Shown here: positions 25,351-42,211 of the stretch, one piece after another
Layout: each line of letters opens with the position of its first letter
Numbering within the stretch: position 1 is the first letter of the stretch
Source of the DNA: Takakia lepidozioides
Taxonomy: Eukaryota; Plantae; Bryophyta
DNA length: 64,000 nt
Reading direction: 5' to 3'
Assembly (NCBI GenBank): GCA_030704615.1
Contig: CM060734.1
Coordinates: 31,806,001 to 31,870,000, forward strand
Notes under the pieces: model-generated
What the model was told of the DNA's origin: nothing
Seen by the model: the letters and a program-made list of their open reading frames with translations, nothing else
The model's database searches: none
Position numbers and translations under genes: made by a program

Positions 25351-25522
25351 CACAAATATATCTGCTAGAATTCAAAGGTCTAAACAATGTGGCATTTGAT
25401 AAAACATTGTGTGTAAAACATCCCCACTCAATGTAGAGCAAGGGATGATCGTACAGGAAGCTTAATGTTTGCCACCTCTTGCAAGGTTGAAGACTTGTTG
25501 TGTTCTATGGTTGAATGTCCAG

Positions 25523-26681
25523 GGCTGCTTTCGGCGCAATCTAACAGTGGTAACTATCTACGTCTCACTGGGGGAGGAGGCACTTGCACACTCCTTGAAT
25601 GAGGTAATCTCATATATGTAGACGTATTAATATCATCATTTTCTCAGTGGGAGGGGATTGGGGGGGTTGCAGTGATCTTATGGTTTATTGAGGATTATGG
25701 CTGGACATCAGTTGAACGATTTCCAAGTTTCTTGGGATTTCTATCTGTCAGCAGACCATTTGATATTTTTGTTTAAGTTTCTTGAGAAAAAGGGAAACAA
25801 TCTGTAATTCCTTCCTTAGTTCAAGTGCCACATTGTGTAACAATCTTTAATTCCTTCCTGAGTTCAAGTGCCACATTGTGTACTTAGTACCCATAGCATG
25901 CTTGGGCAGTTTGCTTTTAGACTGTAGATTGTTAGGCAATTTCCTTAATTGAGCAATTGGTGGGTTGTCTTGGCAGACAGAAGTGACCCAGCTCCAGAAG
26001 CTGGTGGACATAAGTCGGGAAATCAAAACAGTACAACGGGTGGTGTATATGGAGGATGAAACCAACAACTCAGAGCCATCTCTGTCAGGCAGCAGTAACG
26101 ACTGGACTGTGACCTCGTTCTCGGTTGTGGAGAGCTTGGGCAAGCAGTCCCCTGCTGATCCCGATATGCCTGCTACCACAGATATTGCGGTCATCATCTA
26201 CACCAGTGGAAGCACCGGCATGCCTAAGGCGGACTTGCACCCTGACATCTCATCCATTGTGGTTTCTCTCAGCCAGGAAACTAAGAACATAAATAAAATA
26301 TTTTCATGCTCCTGAATCTCCTTGTGTACCAGAGTGAACCATGATGGTTTCTTGATGCGTAGCACCTCACTTTTTCGAACTGGAGGGTATGCCCTTTCGC
26401 CTACAGAATAGGGATAGGTGGGTTCCAATTTGTACTGGTGAACAAGTGAAAATGGGCTCTGGAAGTAAGTTAAACTTTGTTTTCGTTCTCTTCTATGTCG
26501 TTGGTTGGATGTCAGGGGTATATGGAGTAACAGCAGGCCTTGAAATTGGTGAGGGTTGCAGGGAGTGATGATTTCTCATGGTAACATGCTTTGCCAAGTG
26601 GCTGGGGTGATGAATATTGATCCTGGACTGGGCACCAAGGACACCTATCTTGCTTACTTGCTTCTGGAGCTTTCTGCAGAG
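25523..26681 (+). pseudogene. LACS: LACS8/9-type exons 2-4
   Basis: 25523-25603 [27 protein letters not shown]. 25977-26228 TEVT...DIAVIIYTSGSTGMPK (AMP-binding motif; the donor is GC). 26562-26681 GVMISHGNM...YLAYLLLELSAE, where the conserved YLPLAHILEL is shortened by 4 codons. Confidence 0.92.
25805..25882. repeat. Tandem duplication, 43-bp period, in a LACS intron
   Basis: taattccttcct(t/g)agttcaagtgccacattgtgta at 25805 and 25848. Confidence 0.9.
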
Positions 26682-26783
26682 GTCTCCTCTTTACCCCAGT
26701 GTTTCCTTAGTGCATTTATCTCGTGGACAGTCTAACAGGAATGCAAACAAATCAGATATGCAGGTCAAATGCCAAAATCATAC

Positions 26784-27475
26784 CCAAAGCAGATATTGAT
26801 GAAGCGTTGAGTATCTCCTGACAGTGGGGCACCTCCAGAGAGCAATCCACGGAGACCGCCCCTGAGAATAGTCCGAATTTTCTTGAATACCAAGGCATCC
26901 CAGAGCAGTTTCTCAAGTCCCCATGCTCCAAACCAGTTTCCTTCAATCGCTGCAAGCCTGCGCTTGAACACCAGATCAAACAGAGCCTTGGATAGCCCTC
27001 CCTTGAGATCAACCTGCTCCAAAGAGGTGATCAAATGAATTAGCCGGACTCAGCCACCACTTCAAGACATGTTGGGAGTTGGTCAATTAGATCCAAAGGT
27101 CAATCCATTGAGCAGGCAGCAGAGCATGTTGGATTGCATGTGACATCTGTTAAGGAATTCTGTAGGACAATAACCTATGTAGTCCTAGGCAAGATATGAA
27201 CAGAACAACATTTAGCTGAACTTGGACCAAACACATGCGAGTTCACAATAGAAAAGACTGGCTGACTCTTCGGTAAAGGCCTTCTGACAGTGCCCACCAA
27301 CCTTTTTCCTGACACCATTATGAACATGGTCAAGGATTGCCGGTACTGCCATCATAAGTGTGGGCATCAGTTGAGATGTATCCCCCTTTGTGCCATGCTT
27401 AAGCTTGCTGGATATATCCATCAAGGTCAATGGTGACCCATAACCTATTGATGCCCCCACTGAAGATATAGTACA
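26784..27475 (-). pseudogene. LACS: LACS8/9-type exons 5-6 in an internal inversion
   Basis: Minus-strand exon 27475-27302 reads IGYGSPLTL...GTKGD...AVPAILD..GVRKK. Minus-strand exon 27013-26784 reads VDLKGGLSK...[11 protein letters not shown]...[24 protein letters not shown] sites are intact on the minus strand. Confidence 0.93.
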
Positions 27476-27761
27476 CTGTGCACACCAAGTCAACACAGTA
27501 AGTCAGATTGCTGGCCACGACACACTTTTTGTGGAGTGGGTCTGAACCCTTTAATCCATTAGTCTTCTTGTTCAACACCAGAGCCCAAGGAGAGAGATAC
27601 AGGCAAGCATGCATATGTGATTAGTGGCCATCACTGCAAGGGCTTTATATTTCGGGCTTACATTTAGCATATGTACCAAAACCTTGTCTGGGTGTGACTC
27701 TAGCTTGAGATGGTTTTCCTGCGTGGTAACATGTGCATGGGGTGGTGGATGAGGATGACAG

Positions 27762-30336
<2,575 letters not shown>

Positions 30337-31657
30337 GTACAGTGTGCAGCTTGAACATGCTAATGTGGACAGTACATCTAGTTCAGCTATAGGTAAAATT
30401 ATCTCAGGTGATGAACTGTAGGATAACATGTAACAAGCCATAGTTGCAGTCGTCCTTCATTTGAGAAGGAATATACAACATCTTACAGAAGATTATGTAC
30501 TTCTCAGGTGAGGATAGGTACCAGCCTGAGGCGCCAAAAGAGGACCAGACATGACCAAACTAGGAGACATGGTTCCACCCAATGGTGGCAACCTATTTTG
30601 AAGAGTAACAAGGGAGTGGACTCTCCACTGTATTGATACAAGTGACACAACTTTGAGAGGCCCTCAGTTCCTGCTTCTGCATAGCATTCATGAACAAGTT
30701 TGTGAGTTTGCAATAGAACTGTTTTACAACAGCAAAGTAGCTAAACAGCTTGCAGGTGGGAGCACTGGTGGGTTCCAGACACAAATTATCTTTTTAGCTG
30801 GTACATAGGAGAATCGTTGTTACTACGAGGGATCCATTCCAGTTGATCCATACCCCTTTGTAAAAAAGAGATCAGATGACTCGCCAAAAAACGAGGACGA
30901 GGCAGATAAAAAGGTGGGGTTTGGAAAAACAGACCTAACAATTTGGTTCCAAGTTTCACTCTTTGTCACTCCTTAGGTCCAAGGACCTGTCTCATTCAAT
31001 TCTGAGCCACTCCCAAATCGTTTGATAAAACGTGCACCAACGTCCTCTCCCTGATCATACCAGCCAGGTCCCACCCATACACTTGATTGTTTGTGGACTA
31101 ACGCAAATGTATATGACGATGTGAAACGATATGCTTCTAAGGTAAGCGTCAACACTGCCGCTACGTTTAGAAAGCAAAGCAAGCTCCAAGCAATCATCAA
31201 CTCGCAGACACTCCGAAGATCGGATACTCCTACATATAATACATCTCTCTTTCTAGGCTCGCCCCTTCCGTCTGGCTTGTTTTTTACTAGAAAGAGGAAT
31301 TAATTCAAGGGAGCCAAACCTAGGGTGGGGTGATCCTCATAGAAGATTTGGCTGCTACTGTCTATCAAGGCTTCCACTTCCTTGTCCCCGGGAGATAAAC
31401 GAACCAAGTAGTATACTTCCAGAGGGATGATACCATCTGTGAGACGATCCTTCTTCACTCTACATTCGGTACTGTCCTAAAAATTAGTCACATTTTCCAT
31501 GGAGATCAAAAGTTAGCATGATAGTTTGTTATAACCACCCATCTGTTTATGAGGCTACTCTATTCATCCGGCTTGGAAACAGGATTGACGGGCTAGGTCA
31601 TTGGCCTGCTTACTGACTCTGTTGATAGGAACTTCCTCACTTTGGAAGCGAGCTTCA

Positions 31658-31664
<7 letters not shown>

Positions 31665-31691
<27 letters not shown>
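31665..31691. repeat. (AG)13 microsatellite upstream of CFAP57
   Basis: Direct read. Confidence 0.95.
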
Positions 31692-32137
31692 CTGGGAGAC
31701 AGAAGGAAATTAAAATAAAATTTACACCGTCTGGGCACACGGGAAGCTCAGAGGGCCATGGGATTTACGTGGTAGCCATTGTTTAGCAATTGTGTCTCTG
31801 GTAATCTTGAACATAATCCATGAAACTCTTCTCACGTAGAAAAGTCCAAAAATGGGTAACTTTCTTACGCCTGAATGGTGTTCTATGAGGGTCTGAGCAT
31901 TATATGCATGCATGTTGTCTTCTCCGCTGCCCTGATCATTTGCTCTCGGTCCACAGCTAGAGAGTCCAAGTGCAGACACACAGAGAACTTGCAATTATAC
32001 ACGAAGGAGCGGCTGAGTGAGAGATTTGGCAAGATGTGATACAAGACTGACAACCCCCAACATTATATATATCGATCGTGCATGTAAGCGTCGAGGCTCT
32101 TGGGGACAATTCTCTCTAGTTATAGGCTTGCATTTCG

Positions 32138-35100
32138 ATGGCGCTCGCATCACTTGTCCCCCACCATATTTTTGGACTAAGAGGCAAGCTTAAGGATGCC
32201 TTGCAATTTGTGGACGACACCACTGTGATTTACCCAGCAGGCCACAATATTGTACTTTGGAGCATTGACCAAAAAACGCAGAAGATTATCTCGGGCACGC
32301 CAGACACGGACGGCATTACTGCTTTTGCCTTGAGCCCCAGTAAAAGACAAGTCGCCATAGCTGAACGCGCATATTTGCATGAGAAAGTACACCGAGGCTC
32401 CACTAGCGAGAACAAATCCCCGTTTGGAGGTACGCAATGAAAGACATATATACATACTTTCCATGTACTTTCCTAGGGTAGGTTGGGAAGGTGAAGGGCT
32501 CGACAGGGTTCGTTTGTAGCCTGAGGATTAGCAGACCCCACTACGGTTTTCTCTGTCCGGAGAAAATGACATCATGGTGGACAGTTTATCACTTATAAAG
32601 TGACCGTTTCATTTCATTTCATATCTGTTGCAGAGACTGATGATTACATCTCTCTTACTCACTCACTCACGCAGTCAGGCATGCATGAATTTCTCTGGAC
32701 ATGCACAATGTTCTTAAATCCGGTTGTTACGTGCTCTGGCAGGAGACGGAAAGGACGCAAAAGCAGGAACAGCGCCAGAAATCAAGTATCCTGTAATTAA
32801 CCTCTATGATACAACAAACATGAAGAAGAAGAAAGTTTTAGCAGGTGGCTCGGAAGTGGGCGCACGTGAATATGTCTCAATCGCGTTCACCTCTGATGGA
32901 AGGATGATAGCAGCTCAGGGTGAGGAATATCATTTTCAAGCTGTCCAACTTGCTGGTGCACGCATCAATTCCAAAACACGAAAGTCCTTGACTTTACAAG
33001 ATTATCTAGACCTTTCTTTACATGAATCTCTCCACTTGGTGTCAAATTTTGGAGATGCAAATCCAACCTGCGAGCCCATATAGGTCCAAACGAGAGAACT
33101 TTAGATAAGCAAAGAGTCCGAGCCTCGTGGTGTGTCCAGATTAAGGGTTTGAAATTGGTACGTTTACAAATATTATACATGTATAGAGCATTGCGAGGAT
33201 CTAAGTACATACACAGGATGACAGATAAAAAGCAATAAGATGATCTGAGGACTTTGTGGGATTGCCAAGCCCATGATGTTTCAACCGTACTGCAATTGAA
33301 CAAACCCTAAGCTGGTTGTGTGGTGCAAGGGGGTGGGCCTGACTGGAATTTGATTGTGTGGAGTTTGGAGAAATCAAAGATCATTGCTACAACAAAGTCC
33401 TCTTCTCAAGGAACTGAGGCATACCAGGTTCCAAGCCTTCCTTCCTTCCTGTTATTACCACATATGTAGGATCAGTTTAAAGTATCATTGGCAGAGGCAT
33501 CAAATGTGAAGACTGAGAAATGTTGCACACCTCTTATGATTACTTTGGGTGTTGAAGTGTTCCGAATTCCAACCTTGTACAGCTCGGGATTCCACACTGT
33601 TACGACAATTCCATATACATAGATCTCCAGATGAGAAGAATTGAATGGGGAACTTACATTCGATTATGTTGGATCAGGTACAATGTTGCCCAGCGAACCC
33701 GTCTATCATAACTGTCATTGGCGTCGGATTTGCGAGGACTTTCCGTGCGACAGACACAACTTTGAAGCCCATATCAACGGGAATTGGCAAAAAAGAAAAC
33801 CTAGTGTTTATATGTCATACCTGGCTTGCCGACAAAAAGGATGGCGACGATGACATCGACGATGACAAAGACGCTAGCGATAAGATTAAGGATGGAGCTT
33901 GCATTTATGCAATCAATAATGGAGAGATTCTCTACGTCGATGGGGGTGAGGTTGGTGCACTTGAGACTTTCCTTCGGTTTGCTAGATCTTTTCTACCGTC
34001 TTTGCTGTCTTGAAAAGGTCTCGAAAAGGTGCGAACTTTCCGAATTAGCTACGAAGTAACGAACGGTGAACTTTACCCTCAGATCGACCATTTAACATGT
34101 CTTGTATATGTATGTCTGTACGTAAAATCCTCTCATCTGTCCGGCCCTCAGGGAAGCAATGTCGAAAGCCCCAAGTTGCAGATTTGACAGATCTGTGTAC
34201 AGCTAGTATTTTCTCGTATGTCACTCAGATCTCTTGTTGTGGACGTAATTGTCTTCTCCTTCTCTAAAACTATCCAAGTTGTTTGAAAGAAAACTGTGAT
34301 TTGACCCGTTGAAGCAGGGTTTCTCGCCATCTGTTCTTGATGACAGATTGTGGCCACCATAGTCCCCGGCGATGCTGGAGCTGCAACGACGGAGTGTATT
34401 GTGCAATATTCAAAGGGCTTTGTTTGTGGTGAAGCTGGTGGCATAATATCAGTGTTCGGCAAACAAGAGGGGGAGGAGATTAATTACAAAAAGGTACATT
34501 CCTGAGCTGTTCAGTCAGAGACATCATGTCAGAGCTCTGCCTACAGTGTCTTTCAAAAAGGCTTAGTACATTTTTTGGATAAATATTCAACATGTGTCAA
34601 CCTCCGAGTTGATTGTTTCCATGCACCTTTGAAGAAAATCGGATTGGAGTCTACTATTTAACAGTGGGATAGAAATCTGAGCTCTTCCTGCACCTCAGTG
34701 TGCCCCTATCCAACGAACTCCCCCCATAACATTCTCGCATGTATGGAACGCAGACGCACACCCTCAAGATGGACAATACCGGGGCTAAAGTATGTAGCAT
34801 GGCTTTGTCGCCCAATGAAGACTTCCTTCTATGCACTATGGACAGTCAGCAGCTGCTTTCTTTGCCTTTCCAGAACATAGACATGTTTAAGCCGGACGAA
34901 GTTCCGAAAGAGCTACTTGTGCAGGTATAGTTCTAGCAGTTTATCAGAATGGATCATATAATTCATAACATCTTTTCTATTGCATATCCATGGATATGTA
35001 CAAATTAATTGAATCCTTCGTCTCGTCTTTCCCGTAAAGGCATAGATTTATTCCCCATCATATCATTCTATAATGATGATTGGTAAAAGTGCATTTGATC

Positions 35101-38100
35101 TCGAAGAGATTGAAGTTGCACGCTAATCCAATTTGGATCAATGCAGGCATTCCATTCAGAGGAAATCACAGGGATGGATATGTGCATACGAAGACCCATC
35201 ATTGCAACTTGCGGCACTGACAAGAGTGTGAGGGTGTGGAATTACATTGACAAGTGTTGTGAGCTTGCCAAATTCTTTACGGAGGAGGCGTTGTCCATCT
35301 CTCTACACCCAAATGGTACCTGCTAGCTCTCTCATCATCCCTAGAAAGGGTCTTAAAAGATTGAAAGAAGTACAGCAGTGTTGTGGGGTTTCATATGTTT
35401 GTACAAATTCTTGAACAAACAACTATTTGCCATCCTTCAGGGCTACATGTATTGGTGGGATTTAGTGACAAGCTCCGGATGATGAACGTGCTGATGGACG
35501 ATATACGAATGGCCAAGGAGTTCAACATAAAGGGTTGCGGGGAGTGTGTGTTTAGCACTGGTGGTCAGTATTTTGCAGCCGTGCATAGCAATGCCGTTCA
35601 CGTCTTTGAGACTTACACTTGTGTCAATTTGGGCAACTTACGTGCCCACAGTGGCAAGGTATCATACCTTCTTGAAAACCTCTCCAGGTCCACTATAAGT
35701 CCTGTTTACAAGTATCAAATGCATGCGATGATTTGAGTATAATTGGAACGGGGCCATGAATTACAGGTGCGAAGTATAGCGTGGTCGTATGATGACAACT
35801 ACATCTTAACAGCAGGAATGGACGGCTCTATCTACGAATGGGAATTCAAAGATTTGAAGCGTGTGCGCGAAAATGTTATAAAAGGCTGCATCTACACGAG
35901 TGTTGTCAGTGTCAAGGATAGCAAGACATTTTTTGCTGTTGGATCGGACCGCAAGCTCAAAGAGTTGGATACTTTGGTCATCAAGGTCCATCTCGTTGCC
36001 AAATTAATCGCCCACTAACTCATTCTCTGTCACGGAATTTTCGCAGCTTTAATCAGCAAGCTTAAAATGAAACTTGGTACCACACTGTATATATGTACAT
36101 TGTGAATTGCATGGAGATGCAATGTATTAGTGGAGTAGTAATGAATGGTTGGCATGCAGAGCTACACAAGTGCTTATGCGCTGACCCAAATTGCTCTTCC
36201 CTTTGGAAGTCGGCTGCTTTTTGCTGGAACGGAGATCGGAAGTGTTCGAGCTTACAGATTTCCCTTATCAGGCAAGGACGCTTCTATGGGTCTATTCTTC
36301 TTCAACTCTTTTTACATTGCAAGTCATGATGGTAGGATTGTACATATATGTTCGATAAGAACTTACAGCTGAATACTATCAATTGTGTGGATACATACAT
36401 GCGCAGGCGATTACTACGAAGTACGAGCCTGCAGTGCGTCAATATCGCGAATTTGTGTGAGTTGTGATGCTACTTTGCTAGCCTGTGCGGGTGAAGATGG
36501 CGTGTTGATGTTGTTTGATATACGAGACAAGGAGCGGACTCTGACGCAAGGTGCAGCCAAGAAAGACAAGGATGCTCTCGGTTGGGCTCACGAAGTGCTG
36601 GTGTCCCGCGCCGATGTCGAAGAAATGCGTCAAAGCTGCTTAGATCTTGAGGCTAAGGTAAAACTAGTTCCAATTGTTTTACTTGTGTGGGTTAGCAGTT
36701 TTTCCCCCGGTTTTTCTATTTTAGTAATTTTGTTTTTAATTAATTCATATTTGTTTCTTTTTTCTGTATTTCTTAGCACTGATCATGTATAGTATATGCA
36801 GTGCCATGCATACCAAAACTGTTTTTGTTCTTCAAGAAAATTAGAGGGGGAATTCTACAGGGGTGTGGCCCGGTGGTCAGCCACCCGTGTACTGGCCTGT
36901 GGGTCTGGGGTTCAAACCCTGTCATCTGTCTCTGTGCCTTCGGGCTGGGGCTCTGCGCCTGTAATGCCTCCATGGCTCAGAGAGGAGGGTTCATTTTTTC
37001 CCCACAAGGCCCAATTGCTGGGGCTGGTGTTTCCTTGGAAACACACAAAAAAAAAAGAAAAAAAAAGGGGGATTTTTTTATTAAACAAATATGAAAAAGG
37101 GGAGGAAGCCCATTCAGTCATATTACCGTAAAAGCCAAGGAAAACAATAACCCAAATGAGAAACAATTCCTTACTTTATGTTTCTTTTTCTTCTTTTTTT
37201 ATTTGTTTTTGGTGAAAGGGGAGGAAGCCCAATAACTTTGTTCGAATTATTGAAGGGAAAAAAATTCTTTCCTTTATTAAACTTTATGTTCTACTCATCA
37301 TTGGTGATTATATTTGCCAACGATTTCTATTACATGTAATTGGCTCTGGCAGGAGAAAATATAAAGAAATAAATGTGGGATTGGCGGGTTGGGGTGGCAG
37401 ATTGCTGAGCTGACAACGTACTGTGACTATGAACTGAAAATGAAAGAGGAAGAAACCAGCATCCGCATTAAAACTCTTACCGACAGTTTTGTCATACAAT
37501 TGGATGAAAGTCGAGTAAAGATGGAGACTATCTTACAGCAAAAGGCTGAGGAGGTAAAATCTTATAAATGATTTCTTCTGTCACGAGGACACGCTAGCTT
37601 TGATTCCCAATGTTTTCGAATAATTTAATTGCATATGTAATTAAAATGTTATCTCAAGTATATATACCGTACTTGCCTATGCTATTCATCAGGAGTCAGG
37701 ACCCCCGGCCGGACCAATTAATTTTTCTTAAAGAAGGGGTCTGGCATGCTTTTTTTTAATTTCTGTTGTCCCAGACGGTTTCATAATAGATAGTATGTGT
37801 GCCACTAGTGCAATGGTATTGCAAGTAAATTTGGAAGGGCGGATCTGGGGATCGAATTTTTGACATTCGTTCCTGGAGGGCTTTATTTTAAAAAAATTCA
37901 TTTTTGCATTTAATTTTCATCGGCAGCGTAGGCAGGTACGGTATATAGGTAGAATGAAAGGCGAATGAAATGGGACATTTTGTTTGTTTTTTTCTCTTGA
38001 AAATGGGACAGAGGCCCTGAAAATACAGAAAAAGACAGAAAGGAAATGGGATAACTTTTTTTTTCTTAATGGGATAACTCATAGTAAAAATCAAGGAAAA

Positions 38101-41100
38101 ATAACCGTGATGGATATGCATATGCTGTTTCCAACAATGATGAAAGCTTTCACATCTCGTATCATTTTGGGTTTTAATTCGTTATGACTTTTGTTTTTGC
38201 TTTTTCTGTTTTGGCTTTTTTGCAGAAAGGGACATCTTGAATCACTTTGAAAAGAGTTTTACAGCCTAGGTGGACGCAATATTATTTCATAAAGTCAAAA
38301 ATCTAAATCAGTTAATATAAGTATTATAGAAAACTTAATTTTGTGAATAAATAATTCTCATCAAAATTTTGAAATAATGTGTAAATGGTTCATAGGAGCT
38401 GGAAGTTGAGCAAAAGCAAATGCAACTTGAAGAGACTCACGCACAAGCCTTGTTGGACGTGGAGGAGCAATATCAAAAGAAGATGATGGTTGAGGTTGCT
38501 AGGTGATTGTCTAGATTCACCTTTCAACAATACTACACAGATATTATCTACTCAGAATCGAACATTCAAACTGTTTCGAAAGAACTGCTATTCATGTTGT
38601 CATTGCCTCAGTGACAAAGCTTGATTAAATGAATAAGAGTTGTAGTAAATCTCTCCCGATGGTACATTGTCAAGAGAAAGTGGGCCCAGCATCAAACTTT
38701 CTATACTGCAAGTTTGTATTCGTTGGGGGGATCCACCAATTCCGTCGCTCCACTAAAACTTGGGTGGTCGTAGTTGTTTGACATTGATGTAGATACACAT
38801 CATTGCTGCAAGAAAAAATGGCTGCTGATGCAAAATGGAAAGAGGAGACTGCAATCTTACTACACGGTCATGAACGAGCTCTTCAAGTATGCATTCTTTC
38901 CTGTGGATTCTTTCAAGTTGGCTTGCGCCACTTCTTTGATGTACAGAATGTCTTCAAAAGTAGCGAGGATTAATGACTACAGTGCTCAAGAATCCTACAG
39001 ATCAATTCAAACGAAATTGTACTACTGTAAGGATTTTATGGTCCAGCAGTACTTGTAATATTCTTTGTGCGATCTGGAAAGAAGATATAGTTATGCCTCA
39101 GTCAATATATTGTCGCATGCATATGTGTTGTGGTTTGTTGTTTTCAGGACAATGATTTGCACTGTAAAATTCGGTGTGCAGGAACTAATAGAGGCATATG
39201 AAGAGAAGTTAGAAGGCGAAAAAGTGGCTTTCACTCAGCTGAAACAAGATAAAGAACAAGCCACTCTAGACTTTGCTGAGATCCAACGCCAGCATGAAGA
39301 GGATCAAGATCGAGAGATTGAAGATACAAAAGCAATGTATGCATAAATCGATCCTATCATCAAACAAATCAGTATATTTTGGAGATGGCAAATCTATATA
39401 AATGAAGTATCTGGCATTGTACATAATAATCTTTCACTGGTGGTCATCAGTGGTTATAAAGCTTTACTTAATATATTGAAGATAAAGTGTTTCATATCCA
39501 AATATTTCGTAACTTATGACCATACAAACCTCACAAATATAAAAGTACTTTAACTAGTTCTAGCATTAATAGCTTATACGAAGTTATGGAATTTTAAAAA
39601 TCTAAAAGAAATTTTTAAGGACTTCAAAATTTAAGTTTGTAAATGGAATAAAACAAATTGAGGTGACTTTGTGTACTCAGCTATGAAGCACAACTCACAC
39701 AAGAAAAAGAGATATTATTGGGAATAAAGGGAGAAAATGGCATTATGAAGAAGAAGTTCCTTGAGTTTCAAAAGGAAATTGAGGAGCAACGAGAAGAGAT
39801 CAAGATGCTTTTCCAGCAAAAAAAAGAGCTCTATGATATTATTGCCATTTTTGAGCGCGATATGACGTACGTGTCTTCCTTTTTATTTATTTTATTTTTA
39901 TAAATAAAGGGAGTGAAGCCCCGATCTTTTTATTGACGGGGAAAGAAATAAACCCCAGAGGGGCCATAAAGCATGCACACCTTGCGGTGAGGGACGAACC
40001 CAAGTAACCATAATCAAAGAGAGAACCATCCGAGTGGATGATTTATTTATGTATGTTTTGGGGAAAGGGAACGGAGCCCCTGAATTGCATTGAAAAAAAA
40101 GGGGCAGTGAAGCTTACAGTGGGGACCAGATTTATTGTGCATCAGTATATATATATATATATACACAATTGTTCTTGTATAATCCATTCACATTAAAATA
40201 TACATGATTTGACTTAAAGTGTGTTTTTCTGCCAATTGTGTTTACATCTAAATCATTTCATTTAAACTCATACATATTGTAGTAGTTTCATGTTTTTTTT
40301 GTTTTGTTTTGTTTTTTAGTGGTGTTTGGATACCCCGGTGAGCCAGAGCCCAAGCCCGCAGGCATGTTATTCTCTTTAAGAACATAAATATTCTTAACAC
40401 TATGTGGGATGCTGACAGTGGGTTGAAAAAAGACATACAAGAAAGAGATGAGACTATTGGAGAGAAAGAAAAACGTATATATGAGCTGAAACGCAAGAAC
40501 CAGGTATTGCATCTGTTCTTTAAAATAACTAATAAAAACTTTAGCCTTACCTTAATTACCTTAAATGGACTCAGAATACAGATAATCAACTTACGGATTT
40601 ACTGAATCTCTGAAACGATTGAGCTTACCATAGACCTGCATTCAAAACTACCTGCACAATGATATGAAGCTCATTGAAATCAGTGGTGGTACTTTGCAGG
40701 AGCTTGAAAAATTCAAGTTTGTATTGGACTTCAAGATCAAAGAATTGAAACAACAAATTGAACCACGAGAGGTTGAGCTCCAACAATCCAAAGAAACAAT
40801 CCGCAAAATGGAGATTGAGTTGGGACGGTACGTTGACCGTAGCTCAGTTTATATTTCTCCTCTTCCATACTCATATGTATGATGTTCTTACTTCATTTCT
40901 CTATAGCTTATCTTTTCTGTTTGGTTACTGGGTTGTTAGATCGCACTCTGGACTTGCCAAGAAAGACTTGTTGATCGCTGAGTTGCGGCTCAAACTAGAT
41001 GGCATGAATAATGAAGAGGTGAAATTACGTCGAATCATTGCTGATGTTTCTGCAACCCTGAAACATTTCCAGTATGATTTCTACGAGCTACCACAATTCA

Positions 41101-42211
41101 TTCAGGTGTGTTCAACTCAGGATACTGATCAACCTCAGATCTTACCTTACATGTGTGAATGTATGTTGTCTTTCATCGTATCTACATATGTGCTGAATCT
41201 TCAAGTTGGCAACCATACTTAATTGACTTACTGCAGACCTGAGCCATGCCCCATAATTTCCCCTTCAATCAAATTTGATGACATATATGTACAGGATCCC
41301 GGAGCATTGAAAGCGGCTGTAATTGAGATGTTTGAGAAATACGTTGAGAACAAGGTGACGATCACTGCTCCTGACGAAGATGTGCAAGCGGAGAATGCTC
41401 GTCAACGTGAATTCTTGGAGAGAACGGTAATCTCTCTCTTTCGGAGCAATACGCTTAATTTCAAGTAACCTCGCTGGACGTTAGAAAAACAAATTCTCTC
41501 TGTCGCACACATGTATACAGCTTCAATGCACAGGGTTTCATAGTGCTTTTTCTTTGCATTAAGCTCATGTACATTGTAAATATCTAACAGCACAACAACC
41601 GGCTTTGAACTTTGAACAACAAACCTTTACTACGTATAATGTTTTTTTTTTGGGAAGGAAACAGCAGTTTTACTGACAATCCAAACCAGAGTACAAATGA
41701 GGAGGGTTCCCTTATACCCAGCCGCCAGACGTCTAATCTTTTCCGTTCCTTGCAGGTGGCTGGTCTGCAACGAAAACTTTCCAAAGAGGTAGAAATGAAC
41801 CATTTAAGCCACGTACGCATTATGGAAGAAAATGTGGGACTGATTAGAGAGTTAAATGACTTGCGGCGCGAAAACAAAATGGCCAAACTCTCTCAGAAAG
41901 GAGCGTCGTCGTCTATTCCACCTCGGGCTGATGACGAGCCATTGACAAGCGGCTGGCAAGATGACATCGACTCCGATGCAAAAGTCGCGTTAGAGATTAA
42001 GCAGTTGAAATCCCAGATTCAGGGACTGCACTCAGACTTGGTTGTGAAGCAAGACCGAATCACATACTTGGAGAAGCTGATACAAGAGCAAGAGCTCATA
42101 CATCCGCGCCCACACTCCAGAAACGAACTACCTCCCATGGCTGGTGCCAGTGGGCAAGCCTCCCCGCAATCGGAACAAGAGCAGCTCTCTCTGCCCTCGT
42201 CTGCCAACTAG
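32138..42211 (+). CDS. CFAP57: Cilia- and flagella-associated protein 57 (WDR65/FAP57): N-terminal WD40 repeats plus a long coiled coil, ~1262 aa, 21 exons
   Basis: Phase-consistent exons: 32138-32429, 32743-32919, 33330-33427, 33678-33950, 34347-34493, 34754-34924, 35147-35315, 35441-35658, 35767-35985, 36160-36271 (GC donor), 36407-36657, 37401-37553, 38396-38502, 38793-38886, 39182-39336, 39681-39866, 40419-40503, 40700-40827, 40940-41105, 41295-41426, 41756-42211. Motifs [84 protein letters not shown]. Confidence 0.93.
36860..37066 (+). mobile_element. tRNA-derived SINE in CFAP57 intron 11
   Basis: A-box tggcccggtgg (36866), B-box ggttcaaaccc (36909), A-rich tail 37047-37066, imperfect flanking repeat agggggaatt / agggggattt. 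Confidence 0.8.
37070..37290 (-). mobile_element. Two short retroposon 3'-tail remnants
   Basis: A T-run followed by ggggaggaagccc at ~37098 and ~37217, the same motif as the L1 3' end at ~15948. 37217-37285 also resembles 12166-12240. Confidence 0.55.
37667..37941. mobile_element. 275-bp MITE, Tc1/mariner(pogo)-type, in CFAP57 intron 12
   Basis: TIRs ccgtacttgcctatgct / agcgtaggcaggtacgg (15 of 17 match), flanked by TA on both sides. Confidence 0.8.
39880..40100 (-). mobile_element. 5'-truncated LINE tail remnants in CFAP57 intron 16
   Basis: T-rich run followed by aaagggagtgaagccc...ggccataaagcat, paralleling 15945-16030 (ggggaggaagccc...ggccataaggcat). A second motif copy lies at ~40065. 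Confidence 0.5.

Noticed and set aside
30973-31480. Minus-strand coding-like stretch including VEALIDSSS, reminiscent of a retroviral protease motif
   Set aside because: A single weak motif with no gag, RT, integrase or LTRs.
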